DNA from: a virus
Lineage: Duplodnaviria > Caudoviricetes
IMG/VR virus record: IMGVR_UViG_3300021400_000095
DNA length: 64,000 nt
Direction: 5' to 3' (one strand)
The notes beneath the pieces are model-generated. The model was not told where the DNA came from and searched no databases. It was given only the letters and a program-made list of their open reading frames with translations. Every line of letters begins with the position of its first letter. Position 1 is the first letter of the stretch. Shown here piece after piece: positions 1-10,768 of this stretch. The translations under genes and the position numbers were made by a program.

Positions 1-42
1 ATTTTGTAATGTTGGTTTACTTCTAACTTCTTCCATGTCTTA

Positions 43-354
43 CTAATATAAATCATTATATCTGTTAATTCCTTGTTCATATGATGAAATTGCATCATCA
101 AGTGGATATGGTATTCTTAGCATAACCCCATCAGGAATTTCAAATTCCATAGAACCATATTCTGGGTTTGCTTGCATAATTAACCAAGCATAATCACCAT
201 TACCATAATAATCATATGATAATAAGTCAAGCCTTGTTTTACCTTTTTCATACTTTTCATAAAAATCAGTGTTTTTTTTAGGTATTTTACAAAAAGGTAC
301 AATCTTTATCTCACCATCAATCCTAAACTTTCTATATCTATCATATGATGCCAT
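43..354 (-). CDS. Baseplate wedge / tail-X (LysM-like, T4 gp53-like) protein
   Basis: RLDLLSYDYYG..YAWLIMQANP..IPDG.MLRIP pattern typical of gp53/tail-X; lies downstream of tape measure and baseplate genes. Confidence 0.6.
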   Translation of the reverse strand: MASYDRYRKFRIDGEIKIVPFCKIPKKNTDFYEKYEKGKTRLDLLSYDYYGNGDYAWLIMQANPEYGSMEFEIPDGVMLRIPYPLDDAISSYEQGINRYNDLY

Positions 355-356
355 AT

Positions 357-3300
357 TTACTTAATACTTTGTTCAATATTATTATCTGTTGTCTTTGGTG
401 TCTTTGTTGTTGTAAATGCCCTGTGATTTGTTGAATTTGTATCCTTATTCACAAGCATTGCATCCCATGCCATTGATGTATCATCATCCTTACTAATATA
501 TCCATTTCTATAATCACTGTGCCTATCATATGCACTTGTGTTAGCAAAGAAATTATATGAAACAGCATTTTGTAACCTTGCAATAGGGCCACTAAGGTCA
601 CTTCCACCAATAAACTTAAATCCAAGTGTAACATTGGCTAACATTGGCTGTACACCTACACCCTCTGGATTTAAATCCCATTGAATTCCACCATTGCTAT
701 CATAATCAATACTTAAACTATCAATAATAATCTTTGTATTATAAAAATCACCAATTCTTAAAACACAAACAGGTGGCCTTCCAAATGCTAAATTACCAGC
801 TGCCATTGGTGTGTTTGAACTCATGTCAGATGCTGCTGTTGTTGGACCTTGCCTTGTACATTGATGTAAGAAAGTTAACCTTGCATTAAATCCTTCTGGT
901 GTTATTGAATGGAATGCTGGGTTAAAATAATGTACCTTGTCAACAAGATTCTTTCTTACTATATCATTTTCATCATTAATCTTCTTAAAATAAAGATATT
1001 CATCATCATACCTTCCACCATCAACAACCTCAACAGTGTAACTCTCTTCCCTTTTCTCAGCAACAATTCTTGCTTCAGGTAATTCATGTACATTATCTAA
1101 ATATACTTCTTCAGCAATCTTATTATCTATTGAATTGAGATTTGGTTTATCTTTATTTACTTTTAATTTAAAGATAATCTCAGCACATCTACCAAGTTTT
1201 GCTTCCAATGAACTTACATCATCATTTCCAGCAGGTAATTGTATTTCACCATCATCAACAATATGAATGTCTTCAGGGTCCATTATGTTAAGTGATTTAA
1301 CATATTCCTTTAAAAATCTTGCCCTTCTCTTTGCAAGACCATCATCACCTGTGTTCTTATATATATAACCATGTGATGAAGCATACCCTTTTACATCTGC
1401 TGATATTTCAACACTACCATTATCCAAATCAACTGCCCCACTTACATCTGTGAAGAAACTACTTAAAACTGAAAAGTCTGTTTCCAATAATGTCTGATAT
1501 GAAAATACATTTTTAACATCTTCCTCAGTTAATTTCAACATCTTCATTATTGTCTCCCTCTTGTTAGAGGTATTACCTGAATTATGTAAAATTCTATCAA
1601 ATTCTACAGTATTTAATTGAAAACTCTTTCTGTCTTTATAATTCTTTGGTCTGAGAACTTCAAGTTTTTTATCATTATCAATTTCATATTCCCAATAGGC
1701 TTGTCCACCACCAACCATTGTTCCACCTTTTATTGATTTTGCTTTAACACAACCACTAATACCAAGATTTTCATTTGTGTTAACTTCATAACCTGTTCCA
1801 CCACTATATCTACCTTCCCATAAATACTTTACAGGTGTCATTATATCACCTTTTGAATAATAATCCTTTCCAGAAAAATTATTTGGGAAAAATACAAAGT
1901 ATCTTAAAACAACATCAGGATTATCTTTTTCAGGCTTTGGTTTTGGATTAACTGTTGGACCAACTTCAGGTGTAACATTTTTAGTTGTTATTTTTGTCCT
2001 TGTTTCTGTTGTTTTGGTAACTTGCTCAACAAATTCATTTGCAGGATTTTCACATCCAGCAAAAAATCTTAACAACTTCTGTTCATTCTCTTCTGTTAAC
2101 TCTTTTCCATAACTCCAACTATCTACAATAGATGGATGGTCAACCAAAATTGTAAAATTCAATGTACCTGTTCTTTCAGTGTTTGTATATGTATAAATTG
2201 GTTCACCCCTACCAATAAAATTATTCTGATTCCAAGAAACACCAACATTTTCTTGGAACTTTAAATTATATGGTGGAAACCACATAATCCTACCACCATT
2301 TGGACCTTGTTGCTCCTTTGATAAAATGTTTGCCCTTGTGTCATCAACAAATGCATCTTTATTAATGTCTTTCCAAGCAAGATTTTCAATTGAAAACATA
2401 CATTTCTTAATAAGTTCCTTTGGTACATCAGGCCCACTACTATGTGGTGCAATTAAAGGTAAACCATTATCTTGTAATACTGACATGTTACTTAATCTAT
2501 TTGATGCATGGTTTGGCCTAAGTAACTCATTATTCTCAGGAAACATATTGTTCTGTATTTCATAACCACTATGCCTGATAAGGTCTTTCATCTTTGAATA
2601 TTGATAGTGTGAAGTCCAAACCCTGCAATATGGATTTTCATAACCATCATGGTGTGTTACATTTAACTTTCTTAAGTTCCTACCTCTTGACAAATTATAT
2701 TGTAAATCAACTGAACTCTGTGTAATTCCAATGTCTTCTTTTCCTGTGTGGAACCTATTAATTAATGAACCAATCTTTCCTTGTTTAAATAATTCATTGG
2801 TTTTTCCTAAAATATCTCTACCTAAATTGTCAGCATTACTCTTTACACTGTCATCAAAATTAAACACTGTTGTATTAATCTCATGATTTTCATTATCACC
2901 TATTTTTAATACAACTTTTCCATTTTCTGCTTCATTATATAATGTATATGCCCTGCCATTACCAAGTTCTGAATAATCTGTTGACATTAAACTACCAAAC
3001 TCAGAACCATAACTTGGTCTATCTACTGAAATACCACCAGGATTAAGATTCTTTTTGTTTTTAACCTCTATCTCAGATGGTGTATGGTACATTTCTATTG
3101 GTTCATTTTCTCTACTTCCTGTAGGATATGATTCATCCTCTCTATTAATCTTACCAATAGTTCTGTTCCATAATTCATCCAAATCATTACTATCCCTTAT
3201 AACTCTTACAGGTGCTGCATCATGATTTACTTCCAAACCATATAAAGTAGATAGTCTATCCAATTTTGTGAAAATTCCATTGTTTGCAGCAAAACCTTGT

Positions 3301-4031
3301 TCTGTTACAATATCATCTGTAAAGAAAATTTCATTGTCTTTAAAATATTCATCATTTAATCCAAAATATATTGGGTCATATCCAAGTTTATTAATTGGAT
3401 TATATCTTCTAAAGTCTTCAGAACCAGCATTTACAGGATTTAATGGTAAAGCAGGATTATAAATAATTTTTTGATAATGCCTATTTACAGGATTTCCCTT
3501 GTAATCAACAATACCAAAAACATCTGCATATAATTGTGAAATCCTATTTGCTAAACCTCTTGTGTCAACACCACCAAATGAATGATTATTTCCTGGACTT
3601 GTATTATATTCATCATAAAACTTAACACCTGCACCATTAATGTAATATCTCTCTCTTACTGTTGTCAAATTTCTTTCAAAATTTGTTTGTCTTGCAAGAA
3701 AAAGTGCCCTATTAAGTCTATTTTTAATAAAATCATAATCTGAATTTGGTAACTGATTTTCAAATGTAAAACCTGATAACCCACCAATTTCATCAAGATA
3801 TTTTATGTTATCTCTCTTTGATGGCATTATATACTTTTGTCCAATATCATCACCAGATGATGAACTCTCTGCATTTTCATGCTCCTTATATCTCAAAGAA
3901 GTAGGATTGTTCAACAAACTTGCATTTCTAAACTCAGTACCAATGGCATATACCCCACCAATTCTTTTGTTGATGTGGCTTCTTACCTGTTCAGTATATG
4001 AACTATTTATTTCATTTGATGTGTTTGCCAT
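357..4031 (-). CDS. Large baseplate/tail-initiation protein with an internal OmpA-like segment
   Basis: 1224 aa directly after tape measure; IGRGEPIYTY..ERT and PPVCVLRIGDFY motifs of tube-initiator-like domains; GYAS...LAKRRA...R.AEI resembles OmpA C-terminal domain. Confidence 0.5.
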   Translation of the reverse strand: MANTSNEINSSYTEQVRSHINKRIGGVYAIGTEFRNASLLNNPTSLRYKEHENAESSSSGDDIGQKYIMPSKRDNIKYLDEIGGLSGFTFENQLPNSDYDFIKNRLNRALFLARQTNFERNLTTVRERYYINGAGVKFYDEYNTSPGNNHSFGGVDTRGLANRISQLYADVFGIVDYKGNPVNRHYQKIIYNPALPLNPVNAGSEDFRRYNPINKLGYDPIYFGLNDEYFKDNEIFFTDDIVTEQGFAANNGIFTKLDRLSTLYGLEVNHDAAPVRVIRDSNDLDELWNRTIGKINREDESYPTGSRENEPIEMYHTPSEIEVKNKKNLNPGGISVDRPSYGSEFGSLMSTDYSELGNGRAYTLYNEAENGKVVLKIGDNENHEINTTVFNFDDSVKSNADNLGRDILGKTNELFKQGKIGSLINRFHTGKEDIGITQSSVDLQYNLSRGRNLRKLNVTHHDGYENPYCRVWTSHYQYSKMKDLIRHSGYEIQNNMFPENNELLRPNHASNRLSNMSVLQDNGLPLIAPHSSGPDVPKELIKKCMFSIENLAWKDINKDAFVDDTRANILSKEQQGPNGGRIMWFPPYNLKFQENVGVSWNQNNFIGRGEPIYTYTNTERTGTLNFTILVDHPSIVDSWSYGKELTEENEQKLLRFFAGCENPANEFVEQVTKTTETRTKITTKNVTPEVGPTVNPKPKPEKDNPDVVLRYFVFFPNNFSGKDYYSKGDIMTPVKYLWEGRYSGGTGYEVNTNENLGISGCVKAKSIKGGTMVGGGQAYWEYEIDNDKKLEVLRPKNYKDRKSFQLNTVEFDRILHNSGNTSNKRETIMKMLKLTEEDVKNVFSYQTLLETDFSVLSSFFTDVSGAVDLDNGSVEISADVKGYASSHGYIYKNTGDDGLAKRRARFLKEYVKSLNIMDPEDIHIVDDGEIQLPAGNDDVSSLEAKLGRCAEIIFKLKVNKDKPNLNSIDNKIAEEVYLDNVHELPEARIVAEKREESYTVEVVDGGRYDDEYLYFKKINDENDIVRKNLVDKVHYFNPAFHSITPEGFNARLTFLHQCTRQGPTTAASDMSSNTPMAAGNLAFGRPPVCVLRIGDFYNTKIIIDSLSIDYDSNGGIQWDLNPEGVGVQPMLANVTLGFKFIGGSDLSGPIARLQNAVSYNFFANTSAYDRHSDYRNGYISKDDDTSMAWDAMLVNKDTNSTNHRAFTTTKTPKTTDNNIEQSIK

Positions 4032-4070
4032 TATATTTTATAATAACTAAATTGTTTATTATTTTCAATA

Positions 4071-7000
4071 TTAATATAAACCTTTATTAACTACATTACC
4101 ACCCTTGTTATTGGTAATTATCTGTTTTTCAATTAATTTTGTAATTTGTCTAATAAATACAGGACTCTTTAACATTTCATCCATAATGTCTTTTGTAACA
4201 CCATTTCCTGCATCTAACTTAATAGTACCATTAATATTAATATCAATTGGTCCACTATTTATACCTTCACCATTTCCACCAACATTGGATGTGAAATTTC
4301 TGTTGTTAATTAATGAAGGTAAAACACTTAACATCTTCATTGGTAATGGTGTAATACTGGCAAAACCAGTGCTTATTATCTTAAATAAGTTACCTTGCTG
4401 TTTCCTATTTAAAATCATTTCACCACTATTTACTCTAATTAAATTCTTATCACCTTCTTCTGAATTTCCTTTTGCAATACCACCATGTGTAAATGATTCT
4501 GTTGAAATGTCCTGTATGTTGAATACACCTGTACTAACATTTGATGTCATTTCACCAACCTTCATCTGTTTGATTGATTCTATAAATTCACTATCCCCTT
4601 TCTTTCTAATTTCTCTCTCTAACCTATTACTTATGTTACCACTTGCAATTGCTTTTAATTCTTTAACAGAATAATCACCTTGTAATGAATCAAGACCAAA
4701 CTCAGCCTTTTTCTTTTCTCTTCTTTTTTGGTTACCAAATAAATTTTTACCAAGACTTTCACCACCAATTGCACCTGCAATACTACCAATCAAACCACCA
4801 ATAGCAGTACCAACAACAGGTAAAATAGCAGTACCAATTGCAGCACCTGCTGCACCACCACCCCAAGCACCTAATCCTGCACCACCTGCTGAACCAAGTG
4901 TTCTTCCAATTTTCTTTCCAGTTCCATAGTTTTTATTTCCTGCAAACTCATCAATACCTGTCAACAAACCTGAAACTAGTGCAGTTGTAACACCACCAGC
5001 CTTTGCTGCTTTAAAGGCTTTTGCATTTGCAAGATTCTTTAATTTTCCTGCACCACCACCAATACCTGTACCACTACCTAATATTGTTTTTACTCTTGAT
5101 GCATCACTGATGGTTTTAGCAATATTACCTGTGCCAGCAGCAGAACCTTTTGCAGCAGCAGCACCTTTACTTGCAGCCTTAACACCTTTCATTGCTTTAC
5201 CAGCATTTACAAGAGACCTTGCACCACTATATATATCTGCACCTGCACTGATAACACCAAAAGTTTTTATAGCAGCCAATATCAAACCAAGATTTTGATT
5301 TACAGTTGAAATACCTTTTGATACAACAGTATGAATAGGCTCAACAACTTTTGCTTCAATGGCTTCTCTTTTCTTTTCAACACCAATGATTTGTTCTCTC
5401 ATTTGTCTGGTATCAGATGCAATATTTCTAACATCATCAGATTCCTGAGAATTTTGTCTCATAATTTCAAAAAGTAAGCCATTTGACTTTGCCTGTGCAG
5501 CTGTCATTTCTTGCCTGTTACCATTTTTATCAACCAATGATAACATTACTTTTCCATTCTTAACATTAGCAGTGTTCTTGATAAATTCTTTTTCAGTATC
5601 ACTTAAACCTGATATGTTACCAATCTGTGATTCAATATAATTTCTTCTACCACTGGCCTGAACAGATTCCATTACCTGTCCATAATCCATGCCCATGGCT
5701 TGTGCTGCTGCCCTAATTCTTTGTTTGTTATATGCACCTACATCAACTTGTCCTGTTATGGTATTAAATCTTCCAAGGTTTCCAACTATTCTTTGGAACC
5801 TATCCATAAGTCCCTCCATATCAGTAAGACTTTCATTAAGCATTCCTAATGGGTCACTGAATTGTGCAAAAGGACCACCCAATACCTGTAATTGAGCACT
5901 TGTTTCAACAGCACCTTGCAAAGTACCAACTTTTTCAGCAAAACTTGCAATTTGTTGCATATCAAGTCTTATTGCTGTTGCTTTCTTTGCCATACTTTCA
6001 AGTCCTGCCAATCCATTCTTGAATGTATAATTTTGTGCTAATTTAATATTTTGTAAGAAATTTTGTGAGTATTTTTCAAAATTTAAACCATACTTGCTTG
6101 CATTTTTAAACATTTTTCCTGCAAGGTCAGCAGATGCAGAATATGAAAGACCAAAATTTTCAAGGCTTGATGCAAGTTGTGCACCATTTTCACCCATTAT
6201 TTTACTTAATGCAATAGATTTTTCAATGTCTTCATTACTCATACCAATCTGTCTTCCACTACCTTTTATGTAGTTTTCTTGAAGACTGATGATATCTTCC
6301 ATTCCAACACCATATAAATCAGACCAATTTGTTTTTGCAATTGTATTAATGGTATTGACTCTCAAAGCACTCATGGCCTTTCCTGACATACCAATGTTCC
6401 TGACCATGTTTGAGGTTGCTGTATCAACCTTCATCCATGAATCTAAAAACTCTTTACCTATACCAATAATTTTTCTACCACCAGCAGAAATATTACTAAA
6501 GCCACCTTTAACAGTTGACCAAATTTGGTCATATGCATTACTTTGTTTGTTAAGAACTTCAAGATGTTCTGATGCTTCTTTATGTGTTAATCTTTCTGTT
6601 TCTTTAACTTTCTCTGCACTATTATGAGCATTATCATATGCTTCAGAAAGTTTTCTTGCTTCTTCAACTGTTGAACCTACATTTTCAAAATCTTTATCAG
6701 TTAACTCAACTTCTTCTTCTGTTTCATTTTTAATTTCTTCTTTTAGTTTAAGAAGTTCTTTATATTTACTTATGATTTTATCAATTTGGTCACTGTTTTT
6801 TCCTGTACTTTCAACTGTTTCTTCCCAAACCTTTTGATTTTTTTCTGCTTCATTCTTAAACTCCTTTAGTTTTTTTTCTGCTTTTTCAAGAAGATTTGGT
6901 ATTTCAGAAGAACTTTCACCAATTGTATCAGCAAGTTGTTTTTTTGTTTCACTAAATTTTTTAGCAGATTTTTCCAAATCCATTCTTGTTGCTGCAAGAT

Positions 7001-7253
7001 TTCTTCTTTCATTTGCTAAATCAGAAGAAAATCTACCAAACAAAGTTTTGTTAGATTTTGCTATTTTATCAGCATAAGCAATCATTTCCTTTAGTTCAGC
7101 CAAACTTTTGGCATCACCAAAGTAATCACTATAACCCATTAAACCACTGCTATACCTACCCTTACTACTACCATCATTTCCCTGATTTGATACTAGTACT
7201 TTACCAAGATTATTAATAGCACTAACTATTTGTTTGGTATCAACATCTGCCAT
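4071..7253 (-). CDS. Tail tape measure protein
   Basis: 1060 aa, long helical/coiled-coil, Ala/Gly-rich glycine-zipper stretch (GAAGAAIGTAILPVVGTAIGGLIG); position between chaperones and baseplate. Confidence 0.75.
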   Translation of the reverse strand: MADVDTKQIVSAINNLGKVLVSNQGNDGSSKGRYSSGLMGYSDYFGDAKSLAELKEMIAYADKIAKSNKTLFGRFSSDLANERRNLAATRMDLEKSAKKFSETKKQLADTIGESSSEIPNLLEKAEKKLKEFKNEAEKNQKVWEETVESTGKNSDQIDKIISKYKELLKLKEEIKNETEEEVELTDKDFENVGSTVEEARKLSEAYDNAHNSAEKVKETERLTHKEASEHLEVLNKQSNAYDQIWSTVKGGFSNISAGGRKIIGIGKEFLDSWMKVDTATSNMVRNIGMSGKAMSALRVNTINTIAKTNWSDLYGVGMEDIISLQENYIKGSGRQIGMSNEDIEKSIALSKIMGENGAQLASSLENFGLSYSASADLAGKMFKNASKYGLNFEKYSQNFLQNIKLAQNYTFKNGLAGLESMAKKATAIRLDMQQIASFAEKVGTLQGAVETSAQLQVLGGPFAQFSDPLGMLNESLTDMEGLMDRFQRIVGNLGRFNTITGQVDVGAYNKQRIRAAAQAMGMDYGQVMESVQASGRRNYIESQIGNISGLSDTEKEFIKNTANVKNGKVMLSLVDKNGNRQEMTAAQAKSNGLLFEIMRQNSQESDDVRNIASDTRQMREQIIGVEKKREAIEAKVVEPIHTVVSKGISTVNQNLGLILAAIKTFGVISAGADIYSGARSLVNAGKAMKGVKAASKGAAAAKGSAAGTGNIAKTISDASRVKTILGSGTGIGGGAGKLKNLANAKAFKAAKAGGVTTALVSGLLTGIDEFAGNKNYGTGKKIGRTLGSAGGAGLGAWGGGAAGAAIGTAILPVVGTAIGGLIGSIAGAIGGESLGKNLFGNQKRREKKKAEFGLDSLQGDYSVKELKAIASGNISNRLEREIRKKGDSEFIESIKQMKVGEMTSNVSTGVFNIQDISTESFTHGGIAKGNSEEGDKNLIRVNSGEMILNRKQQGNLFKIISTGFASITPLPMKMLSVLPSLINNRNFTSNVGGNGEGINSGPIDININGTIKLDAGNGVTKDIMDEMLKSPVFIRQITKLIEKQIITNNKGGNVVNKGLY

Positions 7254-7330
7254 ATAAATTACATATTTTTCTTATATATAAATATCTAATAAACATTTTT
7301 CTATAACAAAAAAAGAAGTGGATATTTCAA

Positions 7331-7627
7331 TTATCCACCTCTTCTGTTATTCATTTGTTCCAATTTAGCAAAACTATTTAAATTACCATTGTTTCTATAA
7401 CCTCCAGTACTTGCAGTCCTTGCTGCTTCTGCTTCTTTATTTAATTGTTCCTGTTCAGCATTATGCTTCATGATAAAATATCTTCTATCCTGAATTGGCA
7501 TATTGTAAATAGTTTCTATTGGTATTCCTATGTGTTTAAAACATCCATAAATTTCATCCTTAAGTTTTCTTTCATAATCATTGGGCAATATTGAGAAAAA
7601 TGAATTGGTCAAGTTGTAGAAACACAT
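7331..7627 (-). CDS. Tail assembly chaperone, downstream frame (start uncertain; possible frameshift product)
   Basis: E..G..KH.G...IYNMPIQDRRYF motif typical of small ORF before tape measure; overlaps upstream gene in the +1 frame. Confidence 0.5.
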   Translation of the reverse strand: MCFYNLTNSFFSILPNDYERKLKDEIYGCFKHIGIPIETIYNMPIQDRRYFIMKHNAEQEQLNKEAEAARTASTGGYRNNGNLNSFAKLEQMNNRRGG

Positions 7628-8858
7628 TCATAGACCCACCTCCCAGAGTCTCAGGTCTTTCAATAGTAATGTTGTAATCAATACCAGGTTCATTATCTGT
7701 AATATATTTTCTTAATGCACTTGAATCTCTTACATTCATGTTTCTAACAAAATCATTTACAATCTTTCTATCAGTAACACCATCTACTGCCATTATAGAT
7801 AATGATAACCTATTTGTTAAATTGTGTGTAAAAGCAACCTCTTCTTCTTCAATTCCTTCACCCCAATCTTCAATTGTCTTTAATGCTTGTCTAACTTTAA
7901 GTTTTCCTGCTTTATCCAATGTGTCATCATCATCAATAAATGCTTCCATTCTTTCAACATATTCCTTAAGTTTTCCTTTAACTTCACCCTTGTTCTCAGA
8001 CTCATCTTCTTCCTTAAGTAGAACATTATCCTTGTGTGTTAAAAATCTAAACTTAATTTCTTTCTTACTTACAGGTAATGTAAAATCAAACCACCCATTT
8101 TCATCCCCCTTTAAATTAAATGGCTTAAATTCTAATTTTGATAAATCAATAACAGTATCAAATTCAATACCTGTTTCATTGTCCTTTGCTGTAATTGGAT
8201 ATTCATTACCATATCCTGAAGCCCTTAAGAAAAGAATAATTGCTTCCCTATCACCTTCAAGCATGTCATATGTATCAATTCTATTATCAACAACCTTCTC
8301 TTTAAGTATCATATCAATAATCTTATTATCCCTATAAAGATTTGGTGCAATAATCATATTTTCATCATATGCTGTTAAATATGCAACAGGAATCTTACCC
8401 ATCTTACTTCTATAACATTCACCCTTTGATGGTAATGGAATCACATCATATGAAGCCTGTGGATTATATTCAAATTTTGCTGGTGTATATTCCTTCTCAA
8501 TGTCTGTTTCATTTTTCTTAACATTATACAATGTTGTACTATCTGAAACAGAATTATCTTGTAAATTTACCTTAGGCTCCACAGTATTTGCTTCAACCTT
8601 GATTGACTTGTTTATCTTCTTTTTCTTTTCTCCTAAATCTTCCTTATTTCCACCAAGTGAAACATACTTTTCAATAACATCAGACTCTGCCTCTTCAATT
8701 AATCTTATCCTGTCAGCAATTTCTTCTTTTGTATATTTCTTGTTACCATGCTCATCCAAAGCATTTTTCATTTCCCTTTGTGTCTCCTTCTTTGTCCTTT
8801 CATACATATTATATGAATTCCTAAGGATTTCAAGTTCTTTGTTGTTATCTACTTCCAT
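7578..8858 (-). CDS. Baseplate hub assembly / tail chaperone (T4 gp26-like)
   Basis: IPLPSKG..Y, LTAYDE, GDREAIILFLR..GYG..Y, LPVSKKEIKFRFLT, DSSALRKYI...PGID motifs. Confidence 0.6.
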   Translation of the reverse strand: MEVDNNKELEILRNSYNMYERTKKETQREMKNALDEHGNKKYTKEEIADRIRLIEEAESDVIEKYVSLGGNKEDLGEKKKKINKSIKVEANTVEPKVNLQDNSVSDSTTLYNVKKNETDIEKEYTPAKFEYNPQASYDVIPLPSKGECYRSKMGKIPVAYLTAYDENMIIAPNLYRDNKIIDMILKEKVVDNRIDTYDMLEGDREAIILFLRASGYGNEYPITAKDNETGIEFDTVIDLSKLEFKPFNLKGDENGWFDFTLPVSKKEIKFRFLTHKDNVLLKEEDESENKGEVKGKLKEYVERMEAFIDDDDTLDKAGKLKVRQALKTIEDWGEGIEEEEVAFTHNLTNRLSLSIMAVDGVTDRKIVNDFVRNMNVRDSSALRKYITDNEPGIDYNITIERPETLGGGSMNVFLQLDQFIFLNIAQ

Positions 8859-8870
8859 TATTTTTATATT

Positions 8871-9347
8871 CTAATGTCTTTTATTTTTATTTTGTTTCCT
8901 TATGTACTTCTCATTATATTTCCCAACCAACTCAATTAACAATTTCATTACCTTACTTGGATTATTATTTATATCATGCTCCCATATCCTTATAATTGGT
9001 ATTCCATGTGCTAATGCCCACTCATCTTTTATTCTATCAACAAACTCATTGTGCTTTTGCATTGGGTTTTTCTCTTCCCAAACTTTACCATATCCATGAT
9101 AAAAATCACCATCTATTTCTACAATAATTTTACTTCCTGCTGGGCTTTCTATTAAAAAGTCATAATATCTCCCAATGTCTTCAGCCTTGAACTGATATGT
9201 ATATTTTATACCTAATTTATCCAAAAATTCCTTGGCAAACCTTTCTTCCAATTTTGAAGTACCATATTCTTTATGCTTTCTCTCTTTTGACTTCTTCTGT
9301 TTATTGCTTTTTTTTGCAATTTCTTTGTTCCTTATTGGTTGTGCCAT
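8871..9347 (-). CDS. DUF559/Vsr-like PD-(D/E)xK endonuclease
   Basis: SKLEERF, YYDF, IVEIDGDFYHG, D..K..WA...G..IIRIWE. Confidence 0.75.
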   Translation of the reverse strand: MAQPIRNKEIAKKSNKQKKSKERKHKEYGTSKLEERFAKEFLDKLGIKYTYQFKAEDIGRYYDFLIESPAGSKIIVEIDGDFYHGYGKVWEEKNPMQKHNEFVDRIKDEWALAHGIPIIRIWEHDINNNPSKVMKLLIELVGKYNEKYIRKQNKNKRH

Positions 9348-9355
9348 TATATTAT

Positions 9356-9889
9356 CTAAAATTTTGTATCAATTTCTGTTATTAGTGGATGTCTTAAATC
9401 TTTCTCAGACATAACTAAATCCTCAGTTCTATCAACACCAACCCTATTATAAATGTCATTGATTATATCATCTGTTATCATTAAACCCCTCTCAGATTCC
9501 TTATTATAATAATTATCAACTTTATATTCTACCTTTGATGTATCAGAAACTGATAAATAACCATGTGCAAATCCCCTTGGTACAAATACCCATTTTGGTG
9601 ATTCATCACCACTTAAATCAAATGAATATAATTTACCAAAATTTGGTGACTCCTTCCTTATGTCAATCACATAATCAACAATCCTACCTTCAATGCATCT
9701 TACAAGTTTTGCTTGTGCATATGGCATTTCTTGCCAATGCATACCCCTGAATACATTCTTTACCTTATTGTAAGACTGATTATCCTGCATTACTTTAAAA
9801 TCTAGGGTGTTATCAAACAAAACTGAAAAATACCCTCTTTCATCTTCAAATGTTCTTGCTTCAATTAATGTTGGTTCTGTGTAACTCAT
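9356..9889 (-). CDS. rmlC: dTDP-4-dehydrorhamnose 3,5-epimerase
   Basis: FEDERGYF, QDNQS, RGMHWQ, QAKLVRC..G...D..IDIR..SP.FG, FVPRGFAHG, YKVDNYY, SEKD. Confidence 0.93.
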   Translation of the reverse strand: MSYTEPTLIEARTFEDERGYFSVLFDNTLDFKVMQDNQSYNKVKNVFRGMHWQEMPYAQAKLVRCIEGRIVDYVIDIRKESPNFGKLYSFDLSGDESPKWVFVPRGFAHGYLSVSDTSKVEYKVDNYYNKESERGLMITDDIINDIYNRVGVDRTEDLVMSEKDLRHPLITEIDTKF

Positions 9890-9901
9890 ATTATAAATAC
9901 T

Positions 9902-10231
9902 TTATTTTATTTTTTTTATATCAAAAAATGGATTTGTCTCTGATAATAACTCAACAATATCCTCATAAAATTTACAATCTTCTTCAAAATTCATGACAGA
10001 TTCAGTTGATAATTCAAACCATTCATTCAATTTCCTTTCTGGCCAGTGTCTCTGATGTAACATTTTTTCAAGATAAAATGGATATTTTGTCTCATATTTC
10101 TTAACTAAAAATATCTCACTACCATTCCCTGTCTGTAACTTCTTTATCCTTTTTTCCACATCCCCCCTTGTCATACCAATCTTAAACATATTGTCATGAC
10201 CTGAATCACATAACAAATATACAAAAGCCAT
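9902..10231 (-). CDS. T5orf172/GIY-YIG-like domain protein
   Basis: FVYLL..KIGMT...RIKKLQTGN...LE..LH...EWF. Confidence 0.75.
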   Translation of the reverse strand: MAFVYLLCDSGHDNMFKIGMTRGDVEKRIKKLQTGNGSEIFLVKKYETKYPFYLEKMLHQRHWPERKLNEWFELSTESVMNFEEDCKFYEDIVELLSETNPFFDIKKIK

Positions 10232-10292
10232 ATATTTTTTTATAAAAAAATAATAATTAAAATATTAAGAGTAAAGATTATTTCATATATTC

Positions 10293-10303
10293 AACTATTT
10301 ATA
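10293..10303 (+). promoter_or_regulatory. Putative late promoter motif AACTATTTATA (representative copy)
   Basis: Same or near-same motif in gene-sense orientation at 10721, 53323, 58916, 60298 (+) and 7277, 16878, 19335, 26752, 30377, 40969, 43532, 47588, 48169, 58785, 62376 (-). Confidence 0.7.
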
Positions 10304-10320
10304 TAAAAAATATCTTTGTT

Positions 10321-10686
10321 ATGAGAAAAGAAATTAAAAATGATATTGAAGAAATTAAAAAAGTTTCAGCAAAATTTCCTAAAACATTAAATGAAGCACT
10401 TCAATTTAATGACCTTGAAGAAACTGAAAATATTGATGAACCCAAAATTGAAGAACCTGCTCATCATGAACCTCAATTGGAACATGAAAGTAGTAGTATG
10501 GATGTAATGGCCTTTGTTGATGATATTAGAAAAAAATCATTGAAAGGTATGGCTGAACTTGCTGATAATCCAGATGATGAAAAATATCAATTGTTGAAAA
10601 AAATATGGCAAATCTGTGATAAAAAACCTGAACAACAATCAGTGTTTAATAAACCTAATACTGAACAACCAAACCCTCAAATCTAA
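10321..10686 (+). CDS. Hypothetical late protein
   Basis: 121 aa ORF preceded by AACTATTTATA; contains TLNE, a possible prohead-protease site. Confidence 0.55.
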   Translation: MRKEIKNDIEEIKKVSAKFPKTLNEALQFNDLEETENIDEPKIEEPAHHEPQLEHESSSMDVMAFVDDIRKKSLKGMAELADNPDDEKYQLLKKIWQICDKKPEQQSVFNKPNTEQPNPQI

Positions 10687-10768
10687 TTTTAAAACATTTT
10701 TATAAAAAAACATTTTTACTACTATTTATTATAAAAAATAAGAATAAAATTAATTAATATATATAAAC

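Noticed and set aside
4105-8874. Antisense ORFs such as 4105..4674, 7738..8337 and 8500..8874 (also 41424..41888, 59306..59710)
   Set aside because: Shadow frames of well-supported genes, with Ser/Leu/Phe-rich composition typical of reverse-complemented AT-rich coding DNA.
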